Shown here: piece after piece, positions 18,378-28,160 of the stretch | Numbering within the stretch: position 1 is the stretch's first letter | How the letters are laid out: each line of letters begins with the position of its first letter | NCBI GenBank assembly: GCA_963726255.1 | Contig: CAVSBL010000002.1 | Span: 1,984,001-2,048,000, forward strand | Direction of reading: 5' to 3' | Length of the DNA stretch: 64,000 nucleotides | Source of the DNA: Candidatus Bathyarchaeota archaeon | GTDB lineage: Archaea > Thermoproteota > Bathyarchaeia > 40CM-2-53-6 | Translations under genes and position numbers: made by a program | Notes under the pieces: model-generated | Seen by the model: only the letters and a program-made list of their open reading frames with translations | Databases searched by the model: none | Told to the model about the DNA's origin: nothing

Positions 18378-18923
18378 ATGTCTCAAATCGAAATAAAGAA
18401 AACGATTCAGCGACTCGAAACTTTTCCCTTTAGAATACGGCAGGAATACTATGATTGGTGCATCCCAGCAAACATTGAAGCAGTAACGAAATATTATCAA
18501 CCCGATTCAAACGTAACACAGGGCTATCTCGTTACTCAGTTTGGCGATATGCCGCACATAGGATTCGAATCCATTAAGACCAAAGTTCTAGACGTGGACA
18601 AGAACTTCTCTTGGGCTAGAATAATGTATTTCAAGGATTCCGATTTCAATCAATCATTTGACAAATTCGCTGATTTCGTTCAGAAATGTGTGGACGACAG
18701 TACGCCGCCAATGATTTCGGTACCTGCCGGTGGAGGATCGTGGCATATTCTAACGGTGGTTGGGTACGGTGACGAACATTTCTTGGTCTACAACCCAGCC
18801 CCGCATATCATAACAAGCCAAGTGCCAATCTCGAAAGGTGGGATACAAACCGCACTCGGGGCAGCCAAGAACCTTCAAGAGGCTGCAACCGACAGTCTCG
18901 TATTAAGTCGCAAGAGTGGCTAG
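18378..18923 (+). CDS. Papain-like C39-family cysteine peptidase
   Basis: RQEYYDWC (Q...C), WHILTVVGY (H), VYNP (N in place of D). Confidence 0.65.
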   Translation: MSQIEIKKTIQRLETFPFRIRQEYYDWCIPANIEAVTKYYQPDSNVTQGYLVTQFGDMPHIGFESIKTKVLDVDKNFSWARIMYFKDSDFNQSFDKFADFVQKCVDDSTPPMISVPAGGGSWHILTVVGYGDEHFLVYNPAPHIITSQVPISKGGIQTALGAAKNLQEAATDSLVLSRKSG

Positions 18924-19082
18924 AAATTTAGACAAAACCAGAGAGACAGACAAAAGCTGCGGTTATCTCGAAACCCTGCGAGAATCGTCGTTGATTTTCC
19001 AGATGAAATTCTGGGGTCTAAAGAGCCTCGCAGCCTCAAATATCAGAAACCCCGCTTCAACATCAAGTAGCGGATGGTGCCG

Positions 19083-19346
19083 ATGCCCGACGATTACGAG
19101 TTCGGTGAGGACGAGATAGAGACGGCTTTCCTGAGGGCGGGAGGACACTGTGAGTGTTGCGATAAGGAACTTGTCTGGGAGCGAAGTCGCGCGAACCCAG
19201 GACGAGGCAGTTGGGAGGCACATCACGGTAATCGTGACTCTCCCGTAATCCTATGTACCGGAGGAGTTGAGAACTGCCATCTTAACTGCGGTCACAATGG
19301 AGACTTTCGCAATCCGGGCATCACGCCACGTCACAGGAGCGCCTAA
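19083..19346 (+). CDS. Small Zn-binding HNH endonuclease-like protein
   Basis: RAGGHCECC...WEAHH...VILC...NCHLNCGH. Confidence 0.65.
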   Translation: MPDDYEFGEDEIETAFLRAGGHCECCDKELVWERSRANPGRGSWEAHHGNRDSPVILCTGGVENCHLNCGHNGDFRNPGITPRHRSA

Positions 19347-19576
19347 GCTCTTTCTCGGCAATCCTTGAATCGTCAGCAAATACGCAGGCCATGCCTGCTT
19401 ATTGATTGTACCCACGATATTGGTGGGTACAAATCCCACCGGCCCCACCACTTTAGTGGATCGGATTGAAACGAATATGGACGGCCATGGACTAATTCGT
19501 TTTCTTTAGGTTTGCGTTGTCTTCATCGAATGATACTTGTAATTGTGCAAGTACAGCATCTTTAGTTCTCTGCTCG

Positions 19577-19819
19577 TCATGTTAGTCGCTCCTCAAGAGG
19601 CCGGGAGTGGTAATCTGCAGATTCGTGGTTTTCCTCCTTGACTCGTAGGCGAATTAGCTCTGGTGTAACTGTGAGAAGGCCTTTCTCGTCAAGATAGAGT
19701 TGGACTTCTCCAATCGCCTGCTTGAGGATAGATGGAAAATCGAACATATCGTAATAGTGCGCTAAGATTCCACCCAAGTCGAATAGAATTGTGTTCCTCA
19801 ACTTAATGACCAAACTCAT
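19577..19819 (-). pseudogene. 3'-truncated HAD-superfamily hydrolase
   Basis: ILFDLGGIL resembles HAD motif I, followed by a cap-like helix. ORF stops at 80 aa without motifs II-IV. Confidence 0.55.
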
Positions 19820-19821
19820 CT

Positions 19822-20385
19822 TTAATGAACGGTTAGAGTTGCAAGTGTCATTAGTGCGCCTGCTGTGATCGGCATTGTGAGATTGTCATCGGGCATGTCG
19901 AGAATCTCCATGAGCATGGCCGATGTTGAGCCAACAAAGGCTACGAATGGAGAGACGATCACAACCGATAGGAGTAGGGAGACCATTAATCCTGCTATTG
20001 AGCCTTCCAGCGTTTTCTTGCGCGTAATATGCTTACGACCAAATTTTCCCCCGACGTAGGCGGCGACAGGGTCGCCGACGGCAACGATAGCTATTGACGC
20101 GTAGGCAATCATCTTGGGAAAAAGAAACAATGCAAGAATGATTCCTACTGCGAGGTATAACGGTCTAACCACGAAATGCGTCGTTTCGTTAGGACGGCTC
20201 ATCCTCAACGTGAATGCTGTGATTATCGGCAATCGATGGCCTTTAAGTCGCAGCACTTCCTCCAGAGCGTAAATAATCGTAATTATGATCAGTGCTATCA
20301 GAATCACAGCCTTGGAGGTTATTTCAGCAAGGACGGGGGCCAGTAAGGCTAAGAGATGAACGACTTTCCGCAAGTTTTCAGTCAA
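19822..20385 (-). CDS. Dolichol/phytol kinase-like membrane protein (CTP-dependent kinase / CTP_transf family)
   Basis: ENLRKVVH, GDPVAAYVG, KKTLEGS, DDNL motifs; multiple TM segments. Confidence 0.85.
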   Translation of the reverse strand: MTENLRKVVHLLALLAPVLAEITSKAVILIALIIITIIYALEEVLRLKGHRLPIITAFTLRMSRPNETTHFVVRPLYLAVGIILALFLFPKMIAYASIAIVAVGDPVAAYVGGKFGRKHITRKKTLEGSIAGLMVSLLLSVVIVSPFVAFVGSTSAMLMEILDMPDDNLTMPITAGALMTLATLTVH

Positions 20386-20413
20386 GATGTGTACTCTCTT
20401 CGCTTTGAGCCTC

Positions 20414-20998
20414 TCAGAGAACTGCGAAGTAAATTATGAGTTGCAGCCATGTCGTGGCTACAGTCAACAATGCTCCAGCGAGAACCTGCTCTGTCGTATG
20501 CCCCCTCAATTTTATTCTCGCCCATCCAACAGGAACAAGGAGACTAAGGAAAATAGCCGCCCAGATTCCCAGACCATATATCAAAACAGTCACAGGGCCT
20601 GCAATGCCTGAGGCATGAACGCTGATCTTCCATCGGAGAGTTATGAGCATCATTATCAGAGTGTTGCCAGCATAACAGAGCATCAAAGCTGTAACTATTG
20701 TAGGCGCTCTCAGCAGCAATAACGAAACACTACCAACAAGGTAGCTCGATATTGCTCCTTCGAAGACTTTTGCTCGTTCTTTTTTCTCCGAGACGTAGAA
20801 ATCCGATATTAGGCCGCGCTCTGAAAGTACATAGATAATCGCAAGCGGGACCAAAGTTCCAAATGTGAAACATATTCCCATCAGTACGAGAAAGTTCTGC
20901 GTGTTTTCCCGGTACAAGAGGATGAGGAACGTGAATGCCGCTATTACTGCCGGGTTAAACGCCAAAGAAACTATTGAGGCTGTGTTTTCGGATGTCAT
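20414..20998 (-). CDS. PAP2-like membrane phosphatase
   Basis: WKISVHASG and WARIKLRGHTTEQVLAG; multiple TM segments. Confidence 0.75.
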   Translation of the reverse strand: MTSENTASIVSLAFNPAVIAAFTFLILLYRENTQNFLVLMGICFTFGTLVPLAIIYVLSERGLISDFYVSEKKERAKVFEGAISSYLVGSVSLLLLRAPTIVTALMLCYAGNTLIMMLITLRWKISVHASGIAGPVTVLIYGLGIWAAIFLSLLVPVGWARIKLRGHTTEQVLAGALLTVATTWLQLIIYFAVL

Positions 20999-21021
20999 AA
21001 AGAAACTCGGGTCTTGTCATT

Positions 21022-22170
21022 TTAGTGCTTCTTTCTTCGCGAGAAATCTCTTTGCGGGGATAATGCGTCGAAAAGGTAAGTTTCGAGGTGGGGGGTGCCT
21101 CGTGCAATGTGGTGAGCCATGTTTCTGGCGATGCCGGAGCCCATCATGAAACCCTGGCCGCATAAGCCGGCTGCAATGTAGAAGCCGCTCACGTTGGGGG
21201 CTTCTCCGATTATTGGCAACCCGTCAGGTGTCATGGGGTAGAGTCCCCGCCATAGCCTGCGGATGACGAGATGTTTGAACCTGGGAATCAATTCCAGCAG
21301 CCTTTTCGCAATAATGGGGAGAAACTGTGACGTGCCTCGCCTGTCCTCGCCTGGAATTATGGGGAATGGGGTGTAACAGAAGATCACGGAGCCGTCATGT
21401 GTCTGTCCGAAGTAGAAGTTGGCGCTCTTTCCATCAGGCCCCGGTCGTATATCAACCACCAGGGGGTCTAGGAATTGGCTCACTGGCATCGATATTCCTG
21501 CTTCATGGGAATCAGGAGATACAGGAACAGGCACGTTAACGGTGGCAGCGATTTGGCTTGCCCGGGAGCCAGCTGCGTTCAGAACGTAATCCGCTGGAAT
21601 AATTCCCTTGTCGGTTTTCAATCCGACTACTCGATCGTTTTCCACAAGTATTTGTTCGACGTTTTCCCCCAGCCGAAACTCAACTCCCAACTTCTTGCAT
21701 TCCTCGGTGAGCGATGAAGCGAAGAGCAGCGGCGAAGCTTGCCCATCTTCAATTGAGAGTGTTCCGCCTCTCAGTCCGTCACCATTTATTCCCGGGATGA
21801 CTTTCTTGATGCCATCAGCGTCTAGCCAGTCGATTTTCAAACCGTACTTGTGCTGTATCGGAAACATGCCCTTCAGTAGACTTTCGTCCTGTTCGCGGTA
21901 GACTGGGAAGCAGTATCCCCCCATCTTCCAGCCAATCTCAGTACCCGTTTTCTCCTTCCACGTTGAGAATATCTTTAGGCTGTCTTTGCAGATGGCTATC
22001 TTGGCTGGTTCTGAATGTGTTGCCCTAATTCCGCCGATTGCTGCCTTGAAGCTTCCTTGCGCGGGGGCAGGCTCCATATCGACTACTGTAACCTGCATGC
22101 CTTCTTGGGCTAGGAAGTAGGCCGACGGCAGTCCTACTGCTCCGGCTCCAATCACTACTATGTCCGTCAC
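21022..22170 (-). CDS. FAD-dependent oxidoreductase (sarcosine oxidase beta / dye-linked proline dehydrogenase beta-like)
   Basis: GAGAVG Rossmann motif, GLYPMTPDGLPIIG, GQGFM. GTG 22170 overlaps the upstream stop. Confidence 0.88.
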   Translation of the reverse strand: MTDIVVIGAGAVGLPSAYFLAQEGMQVTVVDMEPAPAQGSFKAAIGGIRATHSEPAKIAICKDSLKIFSTWKEKTGTEIGWKMGGYCFPVYREQDESLLKGMFPIQHKYGLKIDWLDADGIKKVIPGINGDGLRGGTLSIEDGQASPLLFASSLTEECKKLGVEFRLGENVEQILVENDRVVGLKTDKGIIPADYVLNAAGSRASQIAATVNVPVPVSPDSHEAGISMPVSQFLDPLVVDIRPGPDGKSANFYFGQTHDGSVIFCYTPFPIIPGEDRRGTSQFLPIIAKRLLELIPRFKHLVIRRLWRGLYPMTPDGLPIIGEAPNVSGFYIAAGLCGQGFMMGSGIARNMAHHIARGTPHLETYLFDALSPQRDFSRRKKH

Positions 22171-24275
22171 GTTCGTTCCTCCCGGAGAAGGGCTGTTAAC
22201 GGGACTTCCATCGTGAACGGTCGCTTCACATATCCAGTCACGGAATCCAGTGGGATGCCTTGTTCCTGGAAAACTTGCTTGACCAGATTTTCGCAGGTCT
22301 TCCCGTTGCATGCACCCATGCCGCAACGGGTGGCGGCCTTGATGGCGTTCAGGTCTCTGATGCCCAACTCTACTAGCTTAGTGATCTGCTTCTTGCTTAC
22401 TCGTTCGCAAAGGCATACCATTATCTCATCATTCGCCCAGCCGTATTCTGGTGTGACAGGCAATCCTTGTTCTGGCGATTGGATTCTGATGCCTGCAACT
22501 TTTGTTGCAAGCTTCGAATCCACTTCGACCTGCACCATTCTCCTTTTGTCCATCCACTTGAGAGTTCGAACATGTCGCACGGTTCCGACGCCAACATCTT
22601 CACCTTCGAAGCCGGTGAGCGTGACTTCGTTTCCAATTCTCACGGTGTTGTCGTCGAGCTCCCAAGGGATCCAGACCTGCGCCTTCTTCCCTGTTGAATC
22701 GAACCTTCTGTCAACTACAGTGATGGCTAAGCCCGGGCACACGACAGCGCACTTCAAGCATCCAACGCATTCCTGATCCCAGCGGGGAAGGGACATGATG
22801 CTTTCACCTTCCAACTGAACCCAACCTTTGGGGCAGGCTTCGACGCAGGGGTTACAGGGAATCTCTTGCACGCACCGAATTACCGGAAAGACCTTTGCCG
22901 CATCGTAGTCAGCTTCTTTCAATTCATGAATTTGGCCAGGCTTGCCTCGTAGGACCTCAAGCATCCTCAGCCATTCCGGTGGGATAGTGGATTCTCTTCC
23001 CATGTCTTGGAGCATTCTTCTCGCGATAACCTTGCCAGAGAACATCGCGGCCGAAGCTTCAGCAATCAATTCAGCGTCACCCGCCTCGTAGGTTGGAATT
23101 CCCATCCGCCGGGCTTCTTGCGCCAATTCATTAACAGGGTTCAGGCCGACAGCGACTAGCACGGTGTCAACTTCGAATCTCCGTTCGGTTCCATGGAGCG
23201 GCTTGAATTTCTCATCAATCCGTGTGATCACAACCCCCTCAACACGGCCGTTTCCATAGGCTTTGGTTACAGTGTGCGAGGTGTAGACGGGAACTCCAAG
23301 CCTCTTGATTTTGTCTAGGTGAACCTTGTACCCGCCAACCTTCGGCAATGCCTCCACTAAGCCGACAACATGAATGCCCGCTTGCATGGCATGGTACGCG
23401 GCGATTAAGCCAACATTGCCACCGCCAATGATGAACACTCGGCTTGAAGGCTTGACAAGGTCCCTGTTCACGATAGTCTGGAAGGCGCCTGCGCCGAAAA
23501 CCCCTGGCAGGTCGTGCCCTGGAAATGCCAGAACCTTCTCTCTTGCTCCGGTAGCCGACAAGAATTGTTTTGGTTTAACAAGATGGTATTTCCCGTTACG
23601 GAGCACTGCAATCTTGCCGTCAGAGAAAACTCCCACCACTGGCGAGTCTAACCAGACTTGCACATTCTTGATTTCCGCTAATTCCGCCGCGAGCTGCTTT
23701 GCTATGTTGATGCCTCTCGTTCCGGCACGGCATTCACGTACGGACCCGAAGAAGTTGTGAGTTTGGAGGGTGAGTTTTCCGCCTATCTCATGTTTGTCGT
23801 CGCAAACAATCACATCGACTCCGCTCTTGCCGAGTTCGAGGGCTGCGTTGAGTCCAGCGGGGCCTGCCCCCGCTATCAGGACATCCACCGAAATTTCTGG
23901 AACCTCGACAGGTCTCGCTGGAGTATCGTCGTCTAATAGTTTGGGTAACCCGTCGACCGCGCGAACGTCCATTCCTTGATGGACCGGGGTAATGCATGCT
24001 TTCACTGGAATACCATCGGCTATAACTAGGCAGTGCGAACACTGTCCGTTGGCGCAGAAAATTCCTTGAGGCGCACCATCCTTGTGATGATGCCCGAAAC
24101 AATCTATCCCATGTGCGATTAACCCGGAAGATATCATCTCTCCGTCTTTGGCTGGAAGCGATTCTCCCTGCCAGCGAAAACTGATATCCCGTTTTTGTGG
24201 AACTTCCAGTATCGGATGTGAAGAAATTCGTCCGGCTGGAACGTCTGGATTCATGTGAAGATTCCACAGCACCAA
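22167..24275 (-). CDS. Multidomain oxidoreductase: 2Fe-2S + FAD/NAD(P) + 4Fe-4S + BFD-like 2Fe-2S (sarcosine oxidase / PDH alpha-like)
   Basis: FCANGQCSHC, GAGPAG, GGGNVG, CNPCVEACP / CVGCLKCAVVCP, CLCERV...CGMGACNGKTC. Confidence 0.88.
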   Translation of the reverse strand: MVLWNLHMNPDVPAGRISSHPILEVPQKRDISFRWQGESLPAKDGEMISSGLIAHGIDCFGHHHKDGAPQGIFCANGQCSHCLVIADGIPVKACITPVHQGMDVRAVDGLPKLLDDDTPARPVEVPEISVDVLIAGAGPAGLNAALELGKSGVDVIVCDDKHEIGGKLTLQTHNFFGSVRECRAGTRGINIAKQLAAELAEIKNVQVWLDSPVVGVFSDGKIAVLRNGKYHLVKPKQFLSATGAREKVLAFPGHDLPGVFGAGAFQTIVNRDLVKPSSRVFIIGGGNVGLIAAYHAMQAGIHVVGLVEALPKVGGYKVHLDKIKRLGVPVYTSHTVTKAYGNGRVEGVVITRIDEKFKPLHGTERRFEVDTVLVAVGLNPVNELAQEARRMGIPTYEAGDAELIAEASAAMFSGKVIARRMLQDMGRESTIPPEWLRMLEVLRGKPGQIHELKEADYDAAKVFPVIRCVQEIPCNPCVEACPKGWVQLEGESIMSLPRWDQECVGCLKCAVVCPGLAITVVDRRFDSTGKKAQVWIPWELDDNTVRIGNEVTLTGFEGEDVGVGTVRHVRTLKWMDKRRMVQVEVDSKLATKVAGIRIQSPEQGLPVTPEYGWANDEIMVCLCERVSKKQITKLVELGIRDLNAIKAATRCGMGACNGKTCENLVKQVFQEQGIPLDSVTGYVKRPFTMEVPLTALLREERT

Positions 24276-24378
24276 AGAAAACTTGGCCTATTCGACTAAC
24301 TAAAGATGAACAACCTATTCTATAGAGAGTTAGGCCGGACCTCAGCGTGGGCCCTTAGCGCTGAAAGGTCGTCCTGGT

Positions 24379-26451
24379 TCATCTTTGCTCTTGGGTCTTG
24401 CGTCGCCTCGCTATGGCTAGAGCCACACCAAGAATCAGTCCAACAACAATTGACTCCAAGGTGAACCCAGGGATTGGGGGCATCGCCTCAGGCACGGAAA
24501 CCAGAGTCGAATTAGATGTTGGCGATGTCGTACTGGTTGTTGAAGGCGTACTCGTCAGCGCAGAAGTTACGGCGCTCGATGTGCTAACCACGGTTGTCGG
24601 CTGTGTAACGGCTGTCGTCCAGGTAGAGGACGTTGGCGTAGTACTGCTGCTTGTTACAGTAGTTGTCTGTGTCAGGGATTGATCAACTGTGAAAGTAGCG
24701 ATGGCCGAATCTCCAACCTGAGTCCCAGTCACTTTGATCGCGTACATGGCGGCCGTCACGTTAGCAACCACAAATGAGCCAGTAATTGTACCAGCGGAGA
24801 TAGAGCATGCCGGTGACGAAATGGAACCACTACTGCCCGCTATCGTACATGCCGAGTTGGTTGAAGCGAAACCGGAACCGGACACGGTAACGGTGGCTCC
24901 AGCTTGCGCAGAATTGGGATTCACCGTGATGGATGGAGTCGAAGCGGTTAGTTGGAAGTTGACTGCCGCCGAATCGCCAGCAGGGCTGCCAGTAGCAGTA
25001 ACCCCATAAACTCCGGCTCCGGCGGTAGAAACAACAAAGGTACCCGTCAAAGTGCCGCCTGAGATTGTGCATGTGTAACTCGTGATCGAGCCGCCAGTCA
25101 AAGTGCAAGAGTTATCCGTTGGAGAAAATCCCGAGCCGGATACAGAAACGGTGGCTCCGGCTGATGCCGATGAAGGATTGAGCGTGATCGCGGAACCGAT
25201 AACCGTCAAAGTGGTAGAAGCAGAATCGCTTCCTGGGCTTCCTATGGTGGTAATCCAGTAAGAGCCTGCTCCAACGCCGCCGACAACGAACGACCCTGTC
25301 AACATGCCGTTGGAAATCGAACAGGTAGACGCGCCAACCGGGCTCCCTGAGAATGAGCAGCCTATGTCGCCTGTCAAGAACCCTGAACCGGAGACGTAAA
25401 CGGTCATCCCAGTAGAAGCTGAACTTGGGGTAAGCGCGATAGATGGATTGTTGACAATTGAGGTCGTTGTTTGGCTTGAACTTGTCGTGACGTGCGTTGA
25501 AGTTATGCTTGTTTGACCTGTTGAGGTAGTACTGGTTTGAGAGGAGGAGGCAGCAAAGTCTACTTTGGCGTTTACGCCGGTAAGCGTTACTGTCTTGGTG
25601 ATTGGGCCAAAGCCTAGGCCTGAAGCTGTTACCGTGATGGTTCCAGATGTGCCAATGGGGATAGCGTAGCCGCCTGATGATGATGAGACGGCGAAGTAAC
25701 CGCCTGCGCTGGTGGTTATCGTTACGCCAGCTATGCCTTCACCGATGTCGTAGAAATTGTTGTGACTCCTATCATTGTAGACGACGCCGAGCAGGAACGG
25801 GCCGGTGTTCCCCGTGGCCCCGAAATCCTCTGTGATAAAGTCTGCAGCGATACTGTTCGGAGTGTTCCCTGCGTAGTATCCGATTCCGACTTCGTAGTAG
25901 ACGCAGGGGGCATTAGTGCAAGGGTAGGGGGTGATGAGGTCTAGGAGGTTGACGCGGTGTGGGCGCCCAGCGTTGCCAGAATCAATCATCATCAGATCCT
26001 CTAGCTCTGTGGCGGGTGCACTTGTGCTCGCGGCCATGTTTTCACCCGCCCGTACGTAATCGTAACCTGCGTGTATCATGCGCTCGAACGGAGTTGTGCC
26101 GTTCGGGTCTGTGTGGGAGAAATAGTTCAGATTGTACATATCTCGGCTGTGCGCTTCGGCTATGCCCAGCAGCATCTTATTCATGGCGAGCGGCGGACGA
26201 GGGCCCACGAGACTTGGATTCGATAGACCCTCGTGTATATCAATACCGAGACGCTGGCCCTCAGCGATGGGATTCGCTCGAGCCCGGTTAATGTACTCCA
26301 GTACGAGTTGCTCCTCGGCGGTCGGGTTGCCGGAATCGTATAGTACGGCGCCCGTGACCTTGGGCGCAATAGGGCCTAGGGAGAGCGAAAATGTAACCGA
26401 CATTAGAAGAATGAAGGCAAGAGGAGTAGCAAATCTACGTTGAATGGACAT
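24379..26451 (-). CDS. Cell-surface protein: CAP/SCP domain + three Ig-like repeats + Ser/Thr linker + PGF-CTERM anchor
   Basis: Signal peptide; INRAR, AEAHSRDM..YFSH, GENMA, HRVNLL (CAP); three repeats of PSSA..G.TV.VSGSGF...C...C.IS.G.LTG.FVV; IPGF followed by TM and RRRK. Confidence 0.85.
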   Translation of the reverse strand: MSIQRRFATPLAFILLMSVTFSLSLGPIAPKVTGAVLYDSGNPTAEEQLVLEYINRARANPIAEGQRLGIDIHEGLSNPSLVGPRPPLAMNKMLLGIAEAHSRDMYNLNYFSHTDPNGTTPFERMIHAGYDYVRAGENMAASTSAPATELEDLMMIDSGNAGRPHRVNLLDLITPYPCTNAPCVYYEVGIGYYAGNTPNSIAADFITEDFGATGNTGPFLLGVVYNDRSHNNFYDIGEGIAGVTITTSAGGYFAVSSSSGGYAIPIGTSGTITVTASGLGFGPITKTVTLTGVNAKVDFAASSSQTSTTSTGQTSITSTHVTTSSSQTTTSIVNNPSIALTPSSASTGMTVYVSGSGFLTGDIGCSFSGSPVGASTCSISNGMLTGSFVVGGVGAGSYWITTIGSPGSDSASTTLTVIGSAITLNPSSASAGATVSVSGSGFSPTDNSCTLTGGSITSYTCTISGGTLTGTFVVSTAGAGVYGVTATGSPAGDSAAVNFQLTASTPSITVNPNSAQAGATVTVSGSGFASTNSACTIAGSSGSISSPACSISAGTITGSFVVANVTAAMYAIKVTGTQVGDSAIATFTVDQSLTQTTTVTSSSTTPTSSTWTTAVTQPTTVVSTSSAVTSALTSTPSTTSTTSPTSNSTLVSVPEAMPPIPGFTLESIVVGLILGVALAIARRRKTQEQR

Positions 26452-26625
26452 GAGTCTGGTTCACCTCTCCCGGGGTCTACTATTCGAAACTGCTGTCGCA
26501 CGGCAACAATTTTCACGCGTCGATTCCTGCGTAAAAAGAATAGACCTTCCTACAAACAAGCCGAATGTAACAGTCATCGCTCCGATCGTTGAAAAATTAC
26601 AGGATCGTGTGTGAACCCGGAAGAG

Positions 26626-27561
26626 CTAGGCTGCGTCGGGCAGAACATTTCCCTTGCCCAGAACACGCATCTTCTTGGCATTTAGGTTCAATAAGAGGAA
26701 ATTATCGTCAGGTGTGTACGCGATCGGTTTCTCAGATTCGATGGCGACGGACGTTGCGTCCATCTCGGCGATCTTGATCGGAACTGTTTGCATGCCCAAG
26801 GTGGCATGGAAAGTACCTTCACTCAGGTCATCTGAATAGAATGGGCTTTTCTGGAAAGCGAGCTTAAACGACGTGCCTGTCATAGCACTGCCAGGAGCGC
26901 ATAGGACGGAACCTCTCTTCATCTCTTCAACGGTCGCGTCTTTGATTGCTAGGCCGACTCTCGACCCAGCTTCAGCTTGGTCGTAGTCTTCGTCCTGCAT
27001 TTGTATGGAGCGAACCAATACTTCCTTGTTTGCCGGAAGCAACGTGAGCTTGTCATATTTTCTCACAACACCTCTCCTAACGAAACCAAGTATCACTTCG
27101 CCGACGCCCTTAACACTGAACGAATGGTCTACCACAATCAGGGCTGACGAAGTAGTATCCCTTTTCGGCCGGTAACTCTTGAGATCTTCAAGTATCTTGA
27201 TTGGGTCTCTTTCTTCGACAATGAATGATTTGAGCGATGTATCCTTGATCATGCCGGCAATTCGGTTCGAGGTCGCGTAGGGTGACGTTACCGCAATTCC
27301 ATTAGCGACGCCAAGCAGGTCAAGCATTACCAGAGTCTCACCCAATTCCCTAGTCATTCCTGAGAATGCGACTATGGCTGCGTCTATGCTGGAGATTATC
27401 TCGCTCTTTGCCGCTAACTTGTCTCCGACAGGAGACAAGAAAGTGAAAATCTCCTCGCCCATCTTCCTGTTGAACATGGCGAGGTCGGATTCTGTGCCCT
27501 TCTTTGCCAATTCGGGGTCAAGTGTGTCGTCATGGAAGACCCCAACGGTAAGGTGATTCAT
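26626..27561 (-). CDS. Archaeal SelB/EF-Tu-like protein with degenerate G domain
   Basis: VDHSFSVKGVGEVILG, VRSIQMQD, AGSRVGLAIK (EF-Tu domain II). No intact P-loop. Confidence 0.8.
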   Translation of the reverse strand: MNHLTVGVFHDDTLDPELAKKGTESDLAMFNRKMGEEIFTFLSPVGDKLAAKSEIISSIDAAIVAFSGMTRELGETLVMLDLLGVANGIAVTSPYATSNRIAGMIKDTSLKSFIVEERDPIKILEDLKSYRPKRDTTSSALIVVDHSFSVKGVGEVILGFVRRGVVRKYDKLTLLPANKEVLVRSIQMQDEDYDQAEAGSRVGLAIKDATVEEMKRGSVLCAPGSAMTGTSFKLAFQKSPFYSDDLSEGTFHATLGMQTVPIKIAEMDATSVAIESEKPIAYTPDDNFLLLNLNAKKMRVLGKGNVLPDAA

Positions 27562-27707
27562 GCGGCTTCGAAGGCAATTTGAGACATATCAATGCTCACC
27601 TGCTTGACCTTAATGTTCCCTGACGGACCGGATAGGATTATTCACTGGGGTACAACTGATGGTCAAAGTCGGTATGGAAAATCCCCTAATCCCAAATAAC
27701 CCAATCA

Positions 27708-28076
27708 ATGTGGTTCAATTTTCAGCTGACGTCAGTCGAGGCGAACCATGTGGAAGAAGACCATGAAATTACCGTGAAGGAGCTGAAGCGTTTGCTCGAC
27801 AGCGGCGCTCACGTGAACCTAATTGACGTAAGAGAATCGCAAGAGTATGAATTGTGCCATATGCCTGGCAGCCGACTAGTACCCATAGACCAGGTCCTGA
27901 ACTGTGTCAATGAGTTCGATCCTGCCGAAGAATACATTTTCTACTGTCACGTAGGAGAGCGAAGCGGATGGGCCGTCCATTTCCTACGCCAACGGGGATT
28001 CAAAAAGATCAAGAATGTGTTAGGCGGCATCGATGCGTGGGCAGTGGAAATAGACCCATCGATGCCCCGATACTAA
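27708..28076 (+). CDS. Rhodanese-like sulfurtransferase (true start may be near 27750)
   Basis: LIDVRE..EY...H.PG, YCHVGERS, LGGIDAWA..IDPSMPRY. Confidence 0.88.
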   Translation: MWFNFQLTSVEANHVEEDHEITVKELKRLLDSGAHVNLIDVRESQEYELCHMPGSRLVPIDQVLNCVNEFDPAEEYIFYCHVGERSGWAVHFLRQRGFKKIKNVLGGIDAWAVEIDPSMPRY

Positions 28077-28160
28077 ATCAAACCCAACATGACTCATTCG
28101 GCGTAATTACGAGTCTGTCCTCATTTGTAGTCGACAAACCCTTATTTCTACACAGCCTTC

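Noticed and set aside
22171-22326. Long N-terminal extensions in track ORFs (21022-22326, 17424, 43423, 56940, 61546)
   Set aside because: They overlap neighbouring genes or precede the family N-terminus. Downstream starts with stop/start coupling or SD motifs fit better.
24338-24370. Hairpin GACCT-CAGCG...CGCTG-AA-AGGTC between the CAP gene and the oxidoreductase
   Set aside because: Single short stem with no U-tract or riboswitch consensus; no function can be assigned.
24500-25560. Low-complexity Thr/Ser-coding DNA as a tandem repeat
   Set aside because: Explained by protein linkers and diverged Ig-like repeats; no exact nucleotide periodicity seen.
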